From Bugula neritina (taxonomy: Eukaryota > Animalia > Bryozoa): a stretch of DNA of 64,000 bases. The stretch is from contig OZ037765.1 in the NCBI GenBank assembly GCA_964035545.1, positions 22,443,504-22,507,503 on the forward strand, given 5' to 3'. Shown here piece after piece: positions 1 to 14,264 of the stretch. Within the stretch, counting starts at the first letter, position 1; every line of letters begins with the position of its first letter. A program made the position numbers and the translations under genes. The notes beneath the pieces were generated by a model. The model saw only the letters and a program-made list of their open reading frames with translations, did not search any database and was not told the DNA's origin.

Positions 1-379
1 TATTACATAATTTACTATTGGTAAGATTTACTAGAATTAGTATTTCACTTATTATAGCACTTAAAAACTTGATTACCATATCATTATCTCATATTTATGT
101 TCATAACCAATAGTTTTAATTTATCATCAAATTTAACATATATCGTATTTTTTCATTTTCCATGGAGATAATGATAATACTATTTACTCGAACTTCAATT
201 GATTCAATTTTTGTTGTTACAACCGCCATGTGAAATGAAGCAAAATGTATTTATAAAGTGATAAATACCAATATATCGGTCATTATTAATAACATTAAGA
301 AATTATCATTTTTAACATAACTACGGGCATGAAAATATTTATGCTTTTAACATTTGGAGCTATCAGGTTAGGTTAATAC

Positions 380-900
380 TTAGTCCAATGATTATGATTA
401 TCAAATTATTTTAATATTATGATAATGGCCAACTCTAGGTTGTTTAATATCAATACTATAACTAGTTATACTATAAGTATTAGTATTACTATTAGGTTAG
501 AGATTATTAATACTATTATTATTAGTATTTAATTTTATCAAATAAATACTACTAGTACTATTAGACTTAGTTAGAAAATTGTAAATTGAGATTGTGACAT
601 TGACTTCAAGTTTACATTGTGTTTGCGAAAGACTTTCATCATAAATATTTATATTAAATCATTATTATAATTATGATTATTATTAATAATATTATCATTA
701 ATCATCACCATTATGCATTATATTTATAAGCATTGCGTATCGATATTGGCTTTGCTTACAAGTTACAGTAGCCTTCGAGTTGAACTTAAACAGTTAAAGC
801 AATAATAATAATTATAATAATAACAATAACATTATGATTATAGCTCAAGTAATTGTAAAACTAAATTTAAAAGTAAAAGTATAAATATAATACAATTTTA
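380..900. repeat. Degenerate 3/6-bp-periodic tract 1 (IGBP1 intron 1)
   Basis: e.g. TATAAG TATTAG TATTAC TATTAG GTTAG; GTAAAA CTAAAT TTAAAA GTAAAA GTATAA. Boundaries approximate. Confidence 0.65.
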
Positions 901-1003
901 TTTTTTTTGCTCTAATTTTAATGATCGATTATAACATTTTGCTTAACAACACTTCGATATAATACAACATTGTGCAAAATTACAACTCAAAGGCATAACT
1001 AAC

Positions 1004-1138
1004 CTGATATTCTGATGAGTTTGATGGATGAACCGAATTTTCTAATGATCGGTAGCCTCTGTATAAAGTTGTATATGCTTCAAGAAGAGAAGAGGTGTCA
1101 TCAAAATTTTTACCACCAGCGACAGAATGCGATGCCAT
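1004..1138 (-). CDS. IGBP1: First coding exon of probable immunoglobulin-binding protein 1 (alpha4/Tap42, PP2A regulator); remainder expected left of the window
   Basis: Minus-strand ATG at 1138 opens 45 codons MASHSVAGGKNFDDTSSLLEAYTTLYRGYRSLENSVHPSNSSEYQ ending at a phase-0 donor CAG|GTTAGT (1003). The helix followed by 'LENS..PSNSSEYQ' resembles the Tap42/alpha4 N-terminus from memory. Not in the ORF track; single exon only. Confidence 0.55.
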
Positions 1139-1644
1139 GACTAGTATAATTCAAAAACAGTAATTACATTTATGAAAACATCTTTAAAATATGCTGAGAG
1201 ATAGAATTTGAAATTCGCTGAAATGTTCATGCAGGAAAAACCATAGCGGATTAAAAGGAAATGTACATTAGCCTTGACCCGATAGTGCAGGCTATGCAAT
1301 AGCAGTAGCAAAGTATCATCATCAAAATTGTAGACGAAGTGTAATGAGAAAAGACTATAAACAAGAAGCGATAATTTCTAAAAGCGTGTTACACAGTGGT
1401 GAAGTCACGTGCTTCTGTTATGGTGATGTTCATCCGGGTATTTGCATATCTGCTCAGCGAAACCCAACAGCTGCAAATATAGTTTCAACAACAAAACCTG
1501 GATTCTGTTTGCAAATCGGTACCACAATTAATTTCTATTAATTTTTTACACCCTCTGTTGTAAACTGTTTGAAATCATAATATGTATTAAAATCTAATTT
1601 ATTTAATATCAAATGCTCGGGGGAAGAACAAAGTGTAACAGTAA

Positions 1645-2830
1645 TGTCGAGAACATCAAGGACAAGTTCAACATGAACCTGAAGTTCAAGTTGAACATCC
1701 CGAGAGTCCGACGCTGTCTCTAGTCTAGGGCTAGGCCTAGTTATATAACTAACTAACTAACTCCTAATAGTTAATACTCATCTCATCACTATGAATAAGT
1801 CTGTTGGGCAATGATTAAGGAGTTGAACTTAAATGTAAATTAAGTATTACTTGACTATTAGTATTACATTTACTGTAAGTGTATTACTATTTCAAGTATT
1901 TGTATTGGTGTCAACCTGAGCTCTTAAAGTTAAACAGTAACACTAACAGTAACACAGAACAGTAACAAAATTTAATATTGATATATTTTAATTTATAATT
2001 ATTAAATTTGAAATATTATCACTATTAGCTTTAGCCTGTATTATTTAAATAAGTTTGTAAGTGATAGCTACCAAACTTGCGCTACAGTACGGGGCCCATA
2101 TCCTTACTCATTCACCTGTAGTTTTACTTTGTCTTTTGCTTTTAGAGTGAGTGTCTGACTCTGTCATTGTCATTGTGAATTTCGCTATTATAATTATATT
2201 TGTAGTGATTATCATTATGATAATCATAATCATTATGATTATGGCTATGGTAATTTTAATTAGTCAGAGTTGTCATAATCATTTAAACAAGAACTTGCTG
2301 TAGCAATAAATCTAAAACCTATAAGATTAAGTACAACTACAAGTAATAGTATAATAAATCAAAATGCAATCTACTAAATCCATGGTATTGGTAATCATAA
2401 TCATAATGATGATCATAATGATTACTTTAAACTTTTCCTTCAGGTTTTAGTAATTATAATTTTAAATTTATAATATCTTTCAAATAAATAGTTATGACTC
2501 TAAGTATAAATTTAGCAATGTTCATTAATGTTTATACTTTCTGTTACTGTTGGTATCCTGGAAGTTATACAGTTATTCATGGTTATTTATTAGCTTACTC
2601 TTTAGTTACAGTAGGAATTAAAATTCATCTTACAACACAGATTCAGTTAATTATTAATAGTACTTATACTTATAGGTAATGTTATATTCATGCTGATAGT
2701 ATTAGAGTATTCATAGAGCATTGAGTGATATGCCATATGAATATTCATATTTATATTACCCTATACCTATAAATAAAATAGATGAGCATAGTGTAAAACT
2801 ACTAGTATTAGTAACACTGTTAAGTTTTGA
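1645..2830. repeat. Degenerate 6-bp-periodic tract 2 (ZFAND4 5' intron)
   Basis: GAACAT CAAGGA CAAGTT CAACAT GAACCT GAAGTT CAAGTT GAACAT; TAACAC TAACAG TAACAC; ATCATA ATCATT ATGATT ATGGCT ATGGTA. Boundaries approximate. Confidence 0.7.
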
Positions 2831-5146
2831 TTTTATACGATAAAAATATTCAGTAACTGTAGCTGGCCAAGAGTATGGTGTCGACTTAGCATAGTAACCA
2901 AATTTGATCAGAGCTTCTTATAATGTTTTTATTTGTGATGACTTGCCTCACAATATAAGATTTAATTATCTTTATTAATATAGTTTCAGCTATCTCATAT
3001 TACAAATTACCTCTAGGGATTTAAGTTTTGCAAGCATTATTTGTTTTTATGAAAATATAGATTAAAAAGGAATAATCTTTTAAAAAATTAATGATTAATA
3101 CTTTTGAGTAGAAAATATTAGCAAAAAACATGTTCTAATCTTAATTTGACTACTTCCTTACTCATCCTGTAGTATTAACTCACTTAAAAATGTCAAAATT
3201 AGGATTTTGTTCCTATTAATTTTTCAGTTGATAATGGCTAACTATTGCTATAGTAGGTGTGCACACTTGGTGTCTGTAATCATTAATGTCAATAAATTGA
3301 AGTTAATGATGCTCATAATCAAAGGGGTCAAATAATGGAAGGTTAATAGCAAGATCTGATAACAAGCTGGATCATTCTAGGTTTCATAATCCTATTGATA
3401 ACTATTATAGTAATAACTATAGTAGTAAAATAAAAGACCAGAGTTTGATAATTTGTAATGTTAATGCCTAATATCGTGCAAAAATTAAACTCTCAAAGTC
3501 AAAATAATCACCAATTGTATAATCTATGCACTGAAGGTAAATTTTGAAGATTGTGACATTGGAAATAAATTGTTGGAATTAATATTGCTATTCAACATGG
3601 TCATAAGTTCCCACACAACAAGTATATAGATATATGTAAAAGCAATGCTTAACTGGTGTTTATATGTATGGTATTATTACGATTATTATTTATCAATTTC
3701 TAGTACCCATTGAATGCAAGTTACGAGAATATACTAGTTAGGTATTATAATGTTATTCAAGTCAAAACCCTTAGGGCTCTATCATAGTTAAAATGTGTAG
3801 CTAATATTCTTGTAATCAAACTTTTAGTACATCAGCAAAAATATAATCATTGTTGATTGACAAATTAAAAGATATTTTAGTATAAATTAAATTATTATCA
3901 GTTTGTTCCATAAGTTGTTTGGATTTAAAGGATTTTTCGTCTATATTTATGACAACGATTAATTTATACTTTTAATGGTATCCTTGTTATGAGAAACAAT
4001 TTTAATATGTCTATTAGTTATTGATTTAAATATTGGTTATTGGTCAGAGAGTGGGACATTTCTGTCAATAACTGTGACTTATTTGATTTAGTCACTAGCA
4101 CCATCTTTACATTGTGCTTACATGAAGTACCCCTCTGATGCCATTTTCTCATCAAATCATTTCAGTTGCTTTTTTTAAAAAAACTGATGAATTTAAAAAA
4201 CAACGTTTATTGATTTGGTTGAAAGAGTTGATTGTTGGTTGCCTGGTTTTTTTTAAGTAACTTGACTTACAAAAAATACATTTGAATGAGTTTCATTTTT
4301 AGATACAAGAGATAAAAACATTCGAAAATTACTTTACTGTCTTTACCCACATGCCCCAGTGTGCTGCAAAACTCTAACAGTCTTTGCCAGCCAACAGGGC
4401 TGAAAAAAACTAAAATACATGTACTGTTTGTACTGGCTAGCGAAACCAAATTTGCTTGCATCAGTAAATGTTTTTACTGATGCACAAAAAGTTAAATTTA
4501 TAAAATATTCTAATTTTGTGACATAAATTTATGAATAATTCAGCTCCTAGAGTTTATGAAGTACCACAGAACATTTTTAGAATAGAATGGCTCATTTTCC
4601 TTTCCCAGTAAACCATTTGTAGCTATAGCTATCAAGTTCTACAAACAATTATGTTGAATCACAGAATGCAAATATTATTTAAGGCTAAATTAAATAAAAG
4701 TAATGGCTTCAAAAGGTTATTGTTTTTTTAAGGGAAACAGTATAATGCATGCAAAACTAGCTGCAGCAGTTTCATTAGGTATTGGATGCTCAATTAACCA
4801 GTATGGATACCATTCATAACTATTCCGATATATTACTTAGCAATGTTATTTAACTTTTCCTGTGGTGTATTCAACTAATGGTCATAAATATTAACATAGT
4901 AGGTGGCTGTTCAACTTCATATCTTATTGGTTTTTCTATCGCTTGTAGGAACCTATCACTGGGTGGTAACTTGATTGGATAGATATTACCGATATCTGTT
5001 TTGATACGAATTGTGATGGAGTTCCTCTAGCAGCCATGTTGTTTCCGAGAAAGTCGAGACCGCCAGTTTAAAGAAGCTTTGGGGTCAACTAATTGGGTTG
5101 TCCACATAGTGCTTGTGAGGCTGTCCTGTGCCAACTGGACAGCACG

Positions 5147-8100
5147 ATGATGGAGCTGTACATAGAAACACTAACTGGTGCTGCATTTGAACTCAGAGTC
5201 TCTCCATTTGAAAGTATCCAGTCAGTCAAAGCAAAGATTCAGAGACTGGAAGGTGAGCTAGTTAGTTGACATGTGTTGCAAGCTAATTTTCAATATACGA
5301 GGCTAATGCATCTCTATTAGTTGACTACTAGTGTTGGACTTTCACAAATCAAACAACATCGGAAAAGGAAGCTTTTGTATCATGAAAATCAGAGGCACAA
5401 ACTAACAGTGAGTTGTATCAAAAGGTAAAGTTTTGTAAAAAAATAGTGAACAGTGATTTTTTAGTGGTGAAAAAATAAGGGGCAATCCAGAATTTTGAAA
5501 AATGAAAAATTTCAACTCTTTGCTTTATAAAGTTATAATAACCCTCACTTTTTGAGCATATGCTAGTGATACATGTTTTTAAAAGAATGTTTTAGCATCT
5601 TGCTTAGTGAGAACCATTATTTTCTCTATCTCCGAACATATACAACACTCACTTCATGCTATGTCACAGGTATTCCCATTAGTCAGCAGCATTTGATATG
5701 GCAAACCATGGAGCTGGACGATGAGTATTGTCTTCATGATTATGATATTCACAGTGGTGCCACTCTGAAACTTGTTCTGGCAATGAGAGGAGGTCCCATA
5801 AACACTCGTAGAGGTACTTCCTATTTCTATCTAACCTCAGAGTTGTCTGTTTATTAGCTTCGTAAGGGCTGTATGTATTGCTGAGCTGGTTTATAGATAT
5901 TGAACTTACACAGTGGTAGACCACCCATTATGCTCCGCAAACCTGTTGCAACTAACTAACTAACTAACTGGTGAAGGAAAATCTGCACATATAATTTGCA
6001 GTATTAAATTTCTCTGTGATCGTTTCTCTTTGTAACATACTGGTGCATTTAACAGGACTACAAATGGCAGGTCAGGTGTAGATGCACTGAAAACTCCTCA
6101 TACCATATTTCATGTTATAGGCTTGACTGATTGTGTAACTGGTCATATGCATGTCAGTTGTACAATCATCAATAACAACAATTTCTTTACCAATCCTATG
6201 CCTGTATACAGTTGCAGGGATAATGTCAAAACTACGCTGGGGTCCGGTCTACTTATGTAACGTGATTTGTATGGAAATTAGATCGATCAAGTGTGCTGTA
6301 CTAGCAGATATATATAATTGACCTGGTTACAGTAACTATAACTAAAGAGTTTTATTCAATGCAGCATTAGCTATACAAAGGCAACAATTCTCTTGCCTTT
6401 TGACTGTTTCTTCTCATAATTTACTCGCTATTTTCCTACTAGTCTACGCTTTGCTGATGTTTAAGTTGTCACCCTTTCATCATAATTGAGCTGCAAAATG
6501 TATAAACAGAAAAAGTTATTTAGTCATATGAATTGCTCAATGATTTAATGTTTTTATTGCTACAAGTTCAAAGCTGTTGATAGATACAGTATAGCATAAC
6601 GCTAATGGATAATAATGTCCTGTGTATATTGTTTAGTCATCATTATAAGTAAAAAATATCTACAATAAAGCCCTTCATGCACTAGCAGTACAAGCATGAA
6701 TATTTATATCCTAACATTGCAGTGCCCATTGAAGACTCCTCTCTTGTGGAGTACATGGAGTCAACACCAGACGAGCTAATAGACAAGTTGCCAGGAAGTA
6801 ATCGTCAGGTCACGTTGCTTGTGTTTAGAGAAGGTGATCAGCTAAACTTCTTCCGGGTTGTTGATCGAGGTGATGGCACCCTCACTCCACTCTCGGAGTC
6901 GCTCAGGTGTGTTCCTGTTTAATCATTCAAGTCTGTTGCTCCTAGTGTCAGACTGGCCTTAGTAAATCTAAGGCCATATAAAGCGGAATTGAAAATCCGC
7001 TGCGGGAGTTATCTGCCCCACACAATACGTTGCTAGACAGAGATAAACTCAGGTGATCAATTGTATTTGCCAATGGTTTTACTGCCCTTGTATAAATTGT
7101 TTCATTTTAAAATCTCACCATAATGGAAACTTTTTCCAGTATGTTTTCAGTATTTTAACCGCATTGAATTCGCACAAAAAACCTTAGCAGTGTGTGCAGA
7201 ACTTTGCTCTATGTGGCCCTAGTTTAAGTTGTCTCTTTTTTGGCCTTTTGTTTATTTTTTCAATTGCATTGTGACTGAGTCTTTGAAGCTTAAAGTAAGT
7301 GACACAATGCTTAAACAAACTGTTGAATTTGTTAATGAGTTGTCTCCCCAATGATGGTGTTGTGATTTGAAATCACTACACAGGGTTTAGCAGCGATTCA
7401 CCATGAGTGTTATTGTAGCGCTGCTTCTATGTACAACATGTACGACGAGGAAGAGGACCCTGAGAGTGGTGACAAGGAGAGGCTGGAGGAGAACGCTAGG
7501 ATAAAAGAGAAAATGAGTTCTTTAAGAAAGCAGATGGACAATTTAAACATATCTAAAAAGGTACTTTAAGAGTGTACAAGATGAGTATGCTCTGTCACGA
7601 ATCTAACACCGACTTGTTTGTTATGAACAGGCACTTGTTTAGATGTCCTGTTGAAAGTTCATGTTGTGATATTTTAGTCATAAAACAATGCGAGACATGT
7701 TGTACGGTATTCGTGTTATATATATGATGGAAATAGTTTGTCGTTACTTTACTGTAGAGTAAGAGTGCAGCTCCCGTGTCAGCTGCCACTTCCTCCTCCA
7801 ATCCCTCCCGTCTTCAAGCTGTCCACAGCTCGCCAACCACCTCTCTAAACAGAAACTTATGTCTTCCTCCTGTGATAACACAAAAGTCTGTGGGCCTACA
7901 CCCGTCTATCGAAGAACATTCTTATGCTACAAATAAATCACAATCCGCTCATACATCAACCCTTACAGAGTTAACCATTCCTCATCCACCTGCAGAGAGC
8001 CGTTCTTCCAAACAAGAGCTGTCTCAAAGACTGCATCATACTAACTTACTCACCACCCCTCATGTGCCAGCCAGCGGTGTCCCTGTTGGTTCAAATATTA

Positions 8101-9909
8101 AAGCTCTATCCGCACGGCCAATTCGGCGAAGTGATTCAGAGAAAACATTAGGTTTGAAGAAAACCGACTCCATTATTAAAGCGATTCCCTCGACTGGACT
8201 GATACGAGCCAAAAACGGTGAACTTGGCTCCGCTGCTACAGCTTCTACGGGCAGCGGATATCCTAAACGCAAGGATGTGTTGTCATTGGATAAACTTCAA
8301 GATACGTTTCGAGGAGTGGCACCCACTTCTTGTGAGGCTGGTACAAATACAACCGGTTCAGCCACTTCTTTGTATGCTCGGAGAGCATCTTCAAGGCAGC
8401 ATGAACTGAGGGCTGCTTCCCGGCAGCAGCCCGATCTCACCCTTGAAACTATTAAAGATACGATTTGTTCTCAAAGAATAACATTAGAGAGTTTGAGTTT
8501 AAATCCTAACGAAGCCAAGGCCATGTCGGGGTACATTCAGCAGGCATCTTTGGAGAAGTTGGGTTCCTCAAATATCTCACTGAGTAATTTTAGCCCCGTG
8601 AGAACTAGAAAGAGTTCTTCTAATATGTACCATACTATAGATGGAATTGGCTCCCCTAATGGTGCGGTAAGTGTAACCATACAGCTCATCAGTAAAATTT
8701 AACTCAAGCTGATTCATAAGAGTTTTCTCCTCACAATTTTTGAATGACTATTGAATTTGTTTTGGTACTTTGACTTATGATTTGGGTGTATACCGGAGGG
8801 ATATCCTAATACTTTCTGTATGTGTTGACAATGGGTTTGAAACTTTATTATATGCCATTACAGCTGAATCCTGACCAAACCTTTACCCTTATTCAACTGT
8901 ATTAGGAAATCGTAGATTGTAATCACTAGTTATTGAAAACAACTTGTAACTTTCACTAACCTTGCATAATTAATCGATGATTTCCATTATTGAAAGGTTC
9001 AATGTTCTCTGTTGGTTACCTCAGTTCCTAAGATTTGTTGAACTGTAAGTTTATTTACCCTTATGACCTTTTCGGTTGAGGTCAGCCTTTTACACAAGTT
9101 ATTTTTCAGCTCATTGATCCAACAGCAATTTTTTACAATGCATTTGTTTTTAACTTTAGAATAACTTATTAATGCTGCCTGAAAATGTTGAGGATATTGC
9201 TGGTGGTTCCAAACTCCCTCCAGTTAAATCCAAAAAGAAGGCTGGCAAATCTAAGCGTTGCTTTCTGTGCGCTAAAAAGACAGGTCTAGCTACAAGCTAT
9301 ATGTGCAGGTAAAATACAATAGAATGAATGTTTGGACAGTTCATCTCTTAAGATTCTAATAGCCAATAATCATGTTCTCATAGTCCTTGAATGTTATTGT
9401 TTTACAATTGACAGCTGGCTGTTACTGGTGCCTTTTCCTACTAGTTTAGTGCTGCTACATAATAATTTGCCATTACAGCATAACATATCTATTGTAATGG
9501 CATTTTATTTTTATTTCTGTATTAGCTTCTTCCAACAGCATCCGCTAAGCTTTATGTAATGAGTACTATGTGCATTATATAGTGGACATTTTTATAATTA
9601 AAATAGTGCAGCTGTTGAATATTGTTAGGTATTTGTCACCAGGAATAATTACAAAGCTTTCTGGAAAAAACCGTAAATGTAATACTATAGCAAATGAACA
9701 AATTGTGACATTATTTGAGGACAAATGTTTGCGCAAGTCCAGTTATATACAAAGATACTGTTGCTTTTTTCAGATGTGGAAACAACTTTTGTGCCGCTCA
9801 CCGCTATGCTGAGCTACATGATTGCACTTTTGACTATAAAACAGAGGGGAGACAGCTGCTTGAACAAAATAACCCTGTTGTCAGTGCCCCCAAACTGCCA
9901 AAGATATAA
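5147..9909 (+). CDS. ZFAND4: AN1-type zinc finger protein 4 (ubiquitin-like domain + AN1 finger), about 589 aa, 7 coding exons
   Basis: Exons 5147-5252, 5670-5813, 6723-6906, 7419-7560, 7758-8666, 9160-9308, 9774-9909; all GT-AG and phase-consistent. UBL MELYIETLTGAAFELRVSPFE...LKLVLAMRGGPINTRR; C-terminal [39 protein letters not shown]...APKLPKI. Confidence 0.95.
6969..7221. mobile_element. MITE-like non-autonomous DNA element in a ZFAND4 intron
   Basis: Imperfect ~22-bp terminal inverted repeats: TAAGGCCATATAAAGCGGAATT vs reverse complement of the right end TAGGGCCACATAGAGCAAAGTT; no ORF inside. Confidence 0.5.
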
Positions 9910-10586
9910 TTTCTGCATAACCGAGTGGAATAATCTTATACTGATTAGTGAACATTATGCAACGTGCACAAAATGCTGAACTTGTGTTCATTTTATTCTA
10001 GACTATTTTCAGAGTTGTATTTTATGCTCAGTAACTGTAACTTAGGCTATTAATGCTTTGATCCCAGTAATTTCTATATATGACCAGCTAATACTGCATT
10101 TACTGATTATTACATTTGATTCTATTTGTGATCAAAATTGATAGCTTGAGATTTTTTGATTACTGAAAAAGTAGTTTTATTTTCTATGATTATAGGGACT
10201 AGATTTTGCCTCCTTCTATCTGCTCAGAAAATTGTGAACTGTGATATAATATTGTTTTTTTTGTCAGTTAATCGTAACCCAGTTTTACTTGCATCAAGCT
10301 GATAGATTCATGAGTTGTTGTGCAATAAAATCTCACTTTTATTTTTAATTTCAGCTTGAAACCACATCTGGTGTTATTTTAATAATAAATCAAGGTAGCT
10401 AAAATAGAGCTGTGAATGTATTATGCAACAAAATTGCATCTCATACACATATACATAAAAATGTATACACTACGCATAACCAACACCTTTTATCATGTAT
10501 CTTTGGTGTGATTAGTATTGTAACTATGAAATAATTAAATAGAAATCGTATATTGGCTAACTACATCCTTACTGGAAAGAAAATAC

Positions 10587-10598
10587 AATAAATTTATT
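10587..10598. terminator. Back-to-back polyadenylation signals AATAAA/TTTATT between convergent ZFAND4 and TMEM65
   Basis: AATAAA 10587-10592 directly abuts TTTATT 10593-10598, about 175 nt past the TMEM65 stop. Other + strand AATAAA copies occur at 10324 and 10384. Confidence 0.4.
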
Positions 10599-10773
10599 TG
10601 ATTGATTGCATTACTCAAGCAATTGAGTATATAAATTCTAAAAAAAACAATAAATAGTTAGGGGGGGGGGGGGGGCGAAATGGTAAACTTGTCGATTGCA
10701 AAATCTATTCAAGGTGAATGTCAACTATTACTGTTACTTGCGAATGAACCTAGATGGGTGTCAATGGTGCCGG

Positions 10774-13700
10774 TTATTTGGCTTCATCTTTGGCTGGAGG
10801 CTCCTTGGCAAATATTAGAAGAGGCCACATGCCTATTAGACATCCTATACATACACCAATACATCTTCCCTAAAATAGAATGCTATAGATTATATTACAT
10901 AGAACTCAAGATTTGTCCCCTCTTTAGCACAGAACAAAGTATCACACTTTCGTAAAGAAGGAAATTTGAAAGGTGCTAAGATTCAAGTCAGAGTGATCAA
11001 TCAACCCCAAGAGTTCCAAGCTATGTAAAATGCTAAAGGCTTGAATTCGTGGCCATGGTTAAAATGCTCAATCACTGAAGTACCGTTATATTAATATATT
11101 ATATATAATATATAAGAGAAGCAAAAGAGAAGATGATTTCACTGAATGTAACCTTAGAATTAATCTGCGTTATCCGTAACTGAAATCATACTTGAATAAA
11201 ACTAAAAAATGTTACAAATAGTTATTCTGAAATTTGCAATCCCAAGTATTACGGAACAGGAGTTGATATAATACTGTCTTGAGTTCAAAGAGGTATATTT
11301 TCACAGACTAAATCAATATCCCAGTGTGAGATGACATTTTAGAAAATCGTAATTAACAATTGACAAAACTAGCAAAATAATGCATAGTATAATAGATGAG
11401 TGATATCTTATACCATATTAGCCATCCATCTAGTTTTTCGGAGTGACATTTGTTCCAGAGTCACAGTTGGCGCTGTCAAACCTAATTTTAAAGCAGTTTG
11501 TTCCACAAATCCAGCTGTCCTGTAAATATCAAATATATCTTTCTTAAACTAATGATTACAGCACAAAACGCAGCAAGAGCTCTTCCTATAACCTAAGTTA
11601 AATATTACATTTAAGATGCAAACAGTTCTTCCCCAGCAAGACTCAAACTCTTCATAATTGAAATCTTATTGGCACTTGACTCCAAGCAGAAAAAAACATC
11701 ATTATTAGTTATTTTTGGCAATCCTTCTATGACTAGCCAAAACAACATAAACCACGTGTAAATTTTAGAGCAAAAACAAACTCCGTTAGAATTTTCCATG
11801 AGCCAGAACTTGATGATTTAAAGTCATTCAAACGTTATCCTCTCATTTTTATATAAGGACAAAAAATAAAAGATATTTTTCAGTGACAGCCGGATTTTAA
11901 AAAATTAGGTATAAATTAGTGAGCTATCAAAATTCTAAATTTCAGTAAATCAAAAGCTTTAAATTTATGTAAAACATTTTAATCTGTCTAGGATGTAGCT
12001 ACAAAAAATGATGTAACACAGTAAGACTAAGAGCATTTTAGTTATTTTACCAATCTACCCATCACTTTCGTTTTAGCAAATGCCTATGAAACAATAGCTT
12101 ATTGAGAAAAAAATTTTATTTTATAGAACACATGGCTATCAACACAAATAAGCAATACTATTCAAAATAATAAAACAACATCTTTAGACATAACATAATT
12201 TGTAGATATTCTAGGTATAACTAATATTATTACATTGCTAATCTTACATTATTGAAAAATCAATCCACATTTAAGATAAAACAGTGTTAAACATTAGAAC
12301 TATACTGCCGGCCTAAGCTAGTTCAACGTCTTCTAGTAGATAATGAGTTATAATTGCTTTACAAGTCTACAACTAATAATCTATATTGCTGAGCATTAAT
12401 TAGATTGTCAAATTGCATATAACTTTTATAATATAAAAAGTAAAGAAAACTTCTACAATTACTGTGCACTATACATACTATTGAGCTTACGTAATACCAA
12501 GAACATCAGAGATCATATTCCCTAAGGCAGCAGCGGCCATAGTAGTTATTCCTAGCCATGTTCCAAATGTTATATCTATATATTCTCCCTAGGGAATAAC
12601 ACAAATACATTCAAATAACACAAATCAATAAGCAACCGAGAAAGCAAAGTATTGACTTTTTCCCTTGGGCACTGAAAAATAGTAAAATCATCAACTCCGG
12701 TTAATTCAAGTTGATGTAAATGTGATGGTAACCTTTTAAATAAAGCAAAATCCATAAATACATTAAATATGCTAAAAATAACATTTCTATTGACAACAAT
12801 TGAACTATTATTAAAATGAACACTTTTCCTTGCATGAAGGCCAACAGCCAACTACATACGTCTGGCTAACAGTAGCTCACAAAACTTTGCCCAATAAATG
12901 TCTTGATTTGTGTAAAACTCATCACACTGGCAGAACATTGTTGCTAAATAATATGATAACCAACACTGTGCATTGCTAAATAGCAGTAATTCACAACCTA
13001 TTTTAGTGTATGTACTCCTTTCTTTAAGATAGATTTTTACTAAGCCTATATCCAAAGTTTCAACATTGATGGGCATGGTAAAGTAAATCACATATTGACT
13101 AGTGATTATGACTTGAGTGCAATGGTAAATGACAGAGTACTTCTAGGGGAAGGGAGGGGGGCTGAATAGCAGTACGTAACCCATGTTGAGAACCCCTGTT
13201 TTACAGTTAACTTAAGGGTGAAGGTAAACACTCACCGCTGTTAACATTATTGTATTATCCAAAACGCCAAATCCTATAAACGGTACTCCACTAAACAAGG
13301 CAACTGAAAATAGATACATGAAATCTACAAGTTATTTATCAAAACTTTTAATTTAGTACTGAAAATAATGAAGAGAAAACATGAGCAATAGGCAGATCAT
13401 AGTTAATCCAATTTTTGCTGTAGACATTAAACATAAAACAACTGCATGAAATTTAACCACTACATAATTTTGAGCAAGCATGTAGGAGATAATGGTTACC
13501 AGAGACATGCGAATGATTTGATAGTTTACCATATCTAAGTTGAGAGGTTGTTGGCTCTATAACTTGTTGACTAGACTCTTTAGACTTAGAAGCCTTAGAC
13601 AAAGTTTGAAGAAGCTCCTCCCTCTCCTCCTCCGACAAATTATACACAAACCCATTGATCCCTGTTTTATGATAGGCTTTGACTGCGGCTTTGGCAGTTC

Positions 13701-13869
13701 TTGAGCTGTATCGCACTCCATGTGTGTGAATATTCGTTGGCTGTTTTAAACAGCTAATACAGTTACACAGAGAACTTATTGAGCATGACTGCCTTGAAAT
13801 AACATGATTCACGGGGATGATGCTTAGTGACGTTCGCCCACTCACTACAGCCCTGGTAGCCATATGCAT
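10774..13869 (-). CDS. TMEM65: Transmembrane protein 65 (mitochondrial inner membrane), about 235 aa, 5 coding exons
   Basis: Exons 13869-13530, 13303-13236, 12588-12491, 11519-11414, 10869-10774; phase-consistent. Motifs VPFIGFGVLDNTIMLTAGEYID, LGITTMAAAALGNMISDVLG, GRCIGVCIGCLIGMWPLL; basic Ser/Arg-rich presequence-like N-terminus. Start codon uncertain. Confidence 0.93.
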
Positions 13870-14264
13870 CAAATATAGGTAATAGTGTATGGCCAGATTC
13901 TAAAACAAAATAACAACACATTATTTACAGCAAGAAGCACTGCAATGGTGGCTGGGTTAGTTAACCTACAACATAATATGTCAAAAGTAAATCATTAGGT
14001 TTAAAATTATTAAAACCATAACTGAGAGAAAAAACATCTATTATGTATTATAGATACTCTTCATTCTTGCAAATTTCTGTATAACCTTTCAAAGTCAGCT
14101 TTACATTATCTACTATAAAACTTCCTAAATTAAACATCACAAAAAACAAAGCTTCAATTAGTGTATATAATGCATAATTTCTTGCATTGAAATAATAAAA
14201 TATTAACAAATACAGCTGAATAGCCAAGGTTCTTTTTCTAATTTTTCCAGATTCTCAAGGTTTT

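Noticed and set aside
4457-4484. Perfect 12-bp hairpin TGCATCAGTAAA/TTTACTGATGCA
   Set aside because: Isolated, with no element boundaries or function that I can support.
8060-8409. Antisense and alternate-frame ORFs overlapping ZFAND4 (likewise 23352-23600, 33831-34013, 39944-40132, 60073-60315, 61994-62285)
   Set aside because: Shadows of real coding exons with no independent support.
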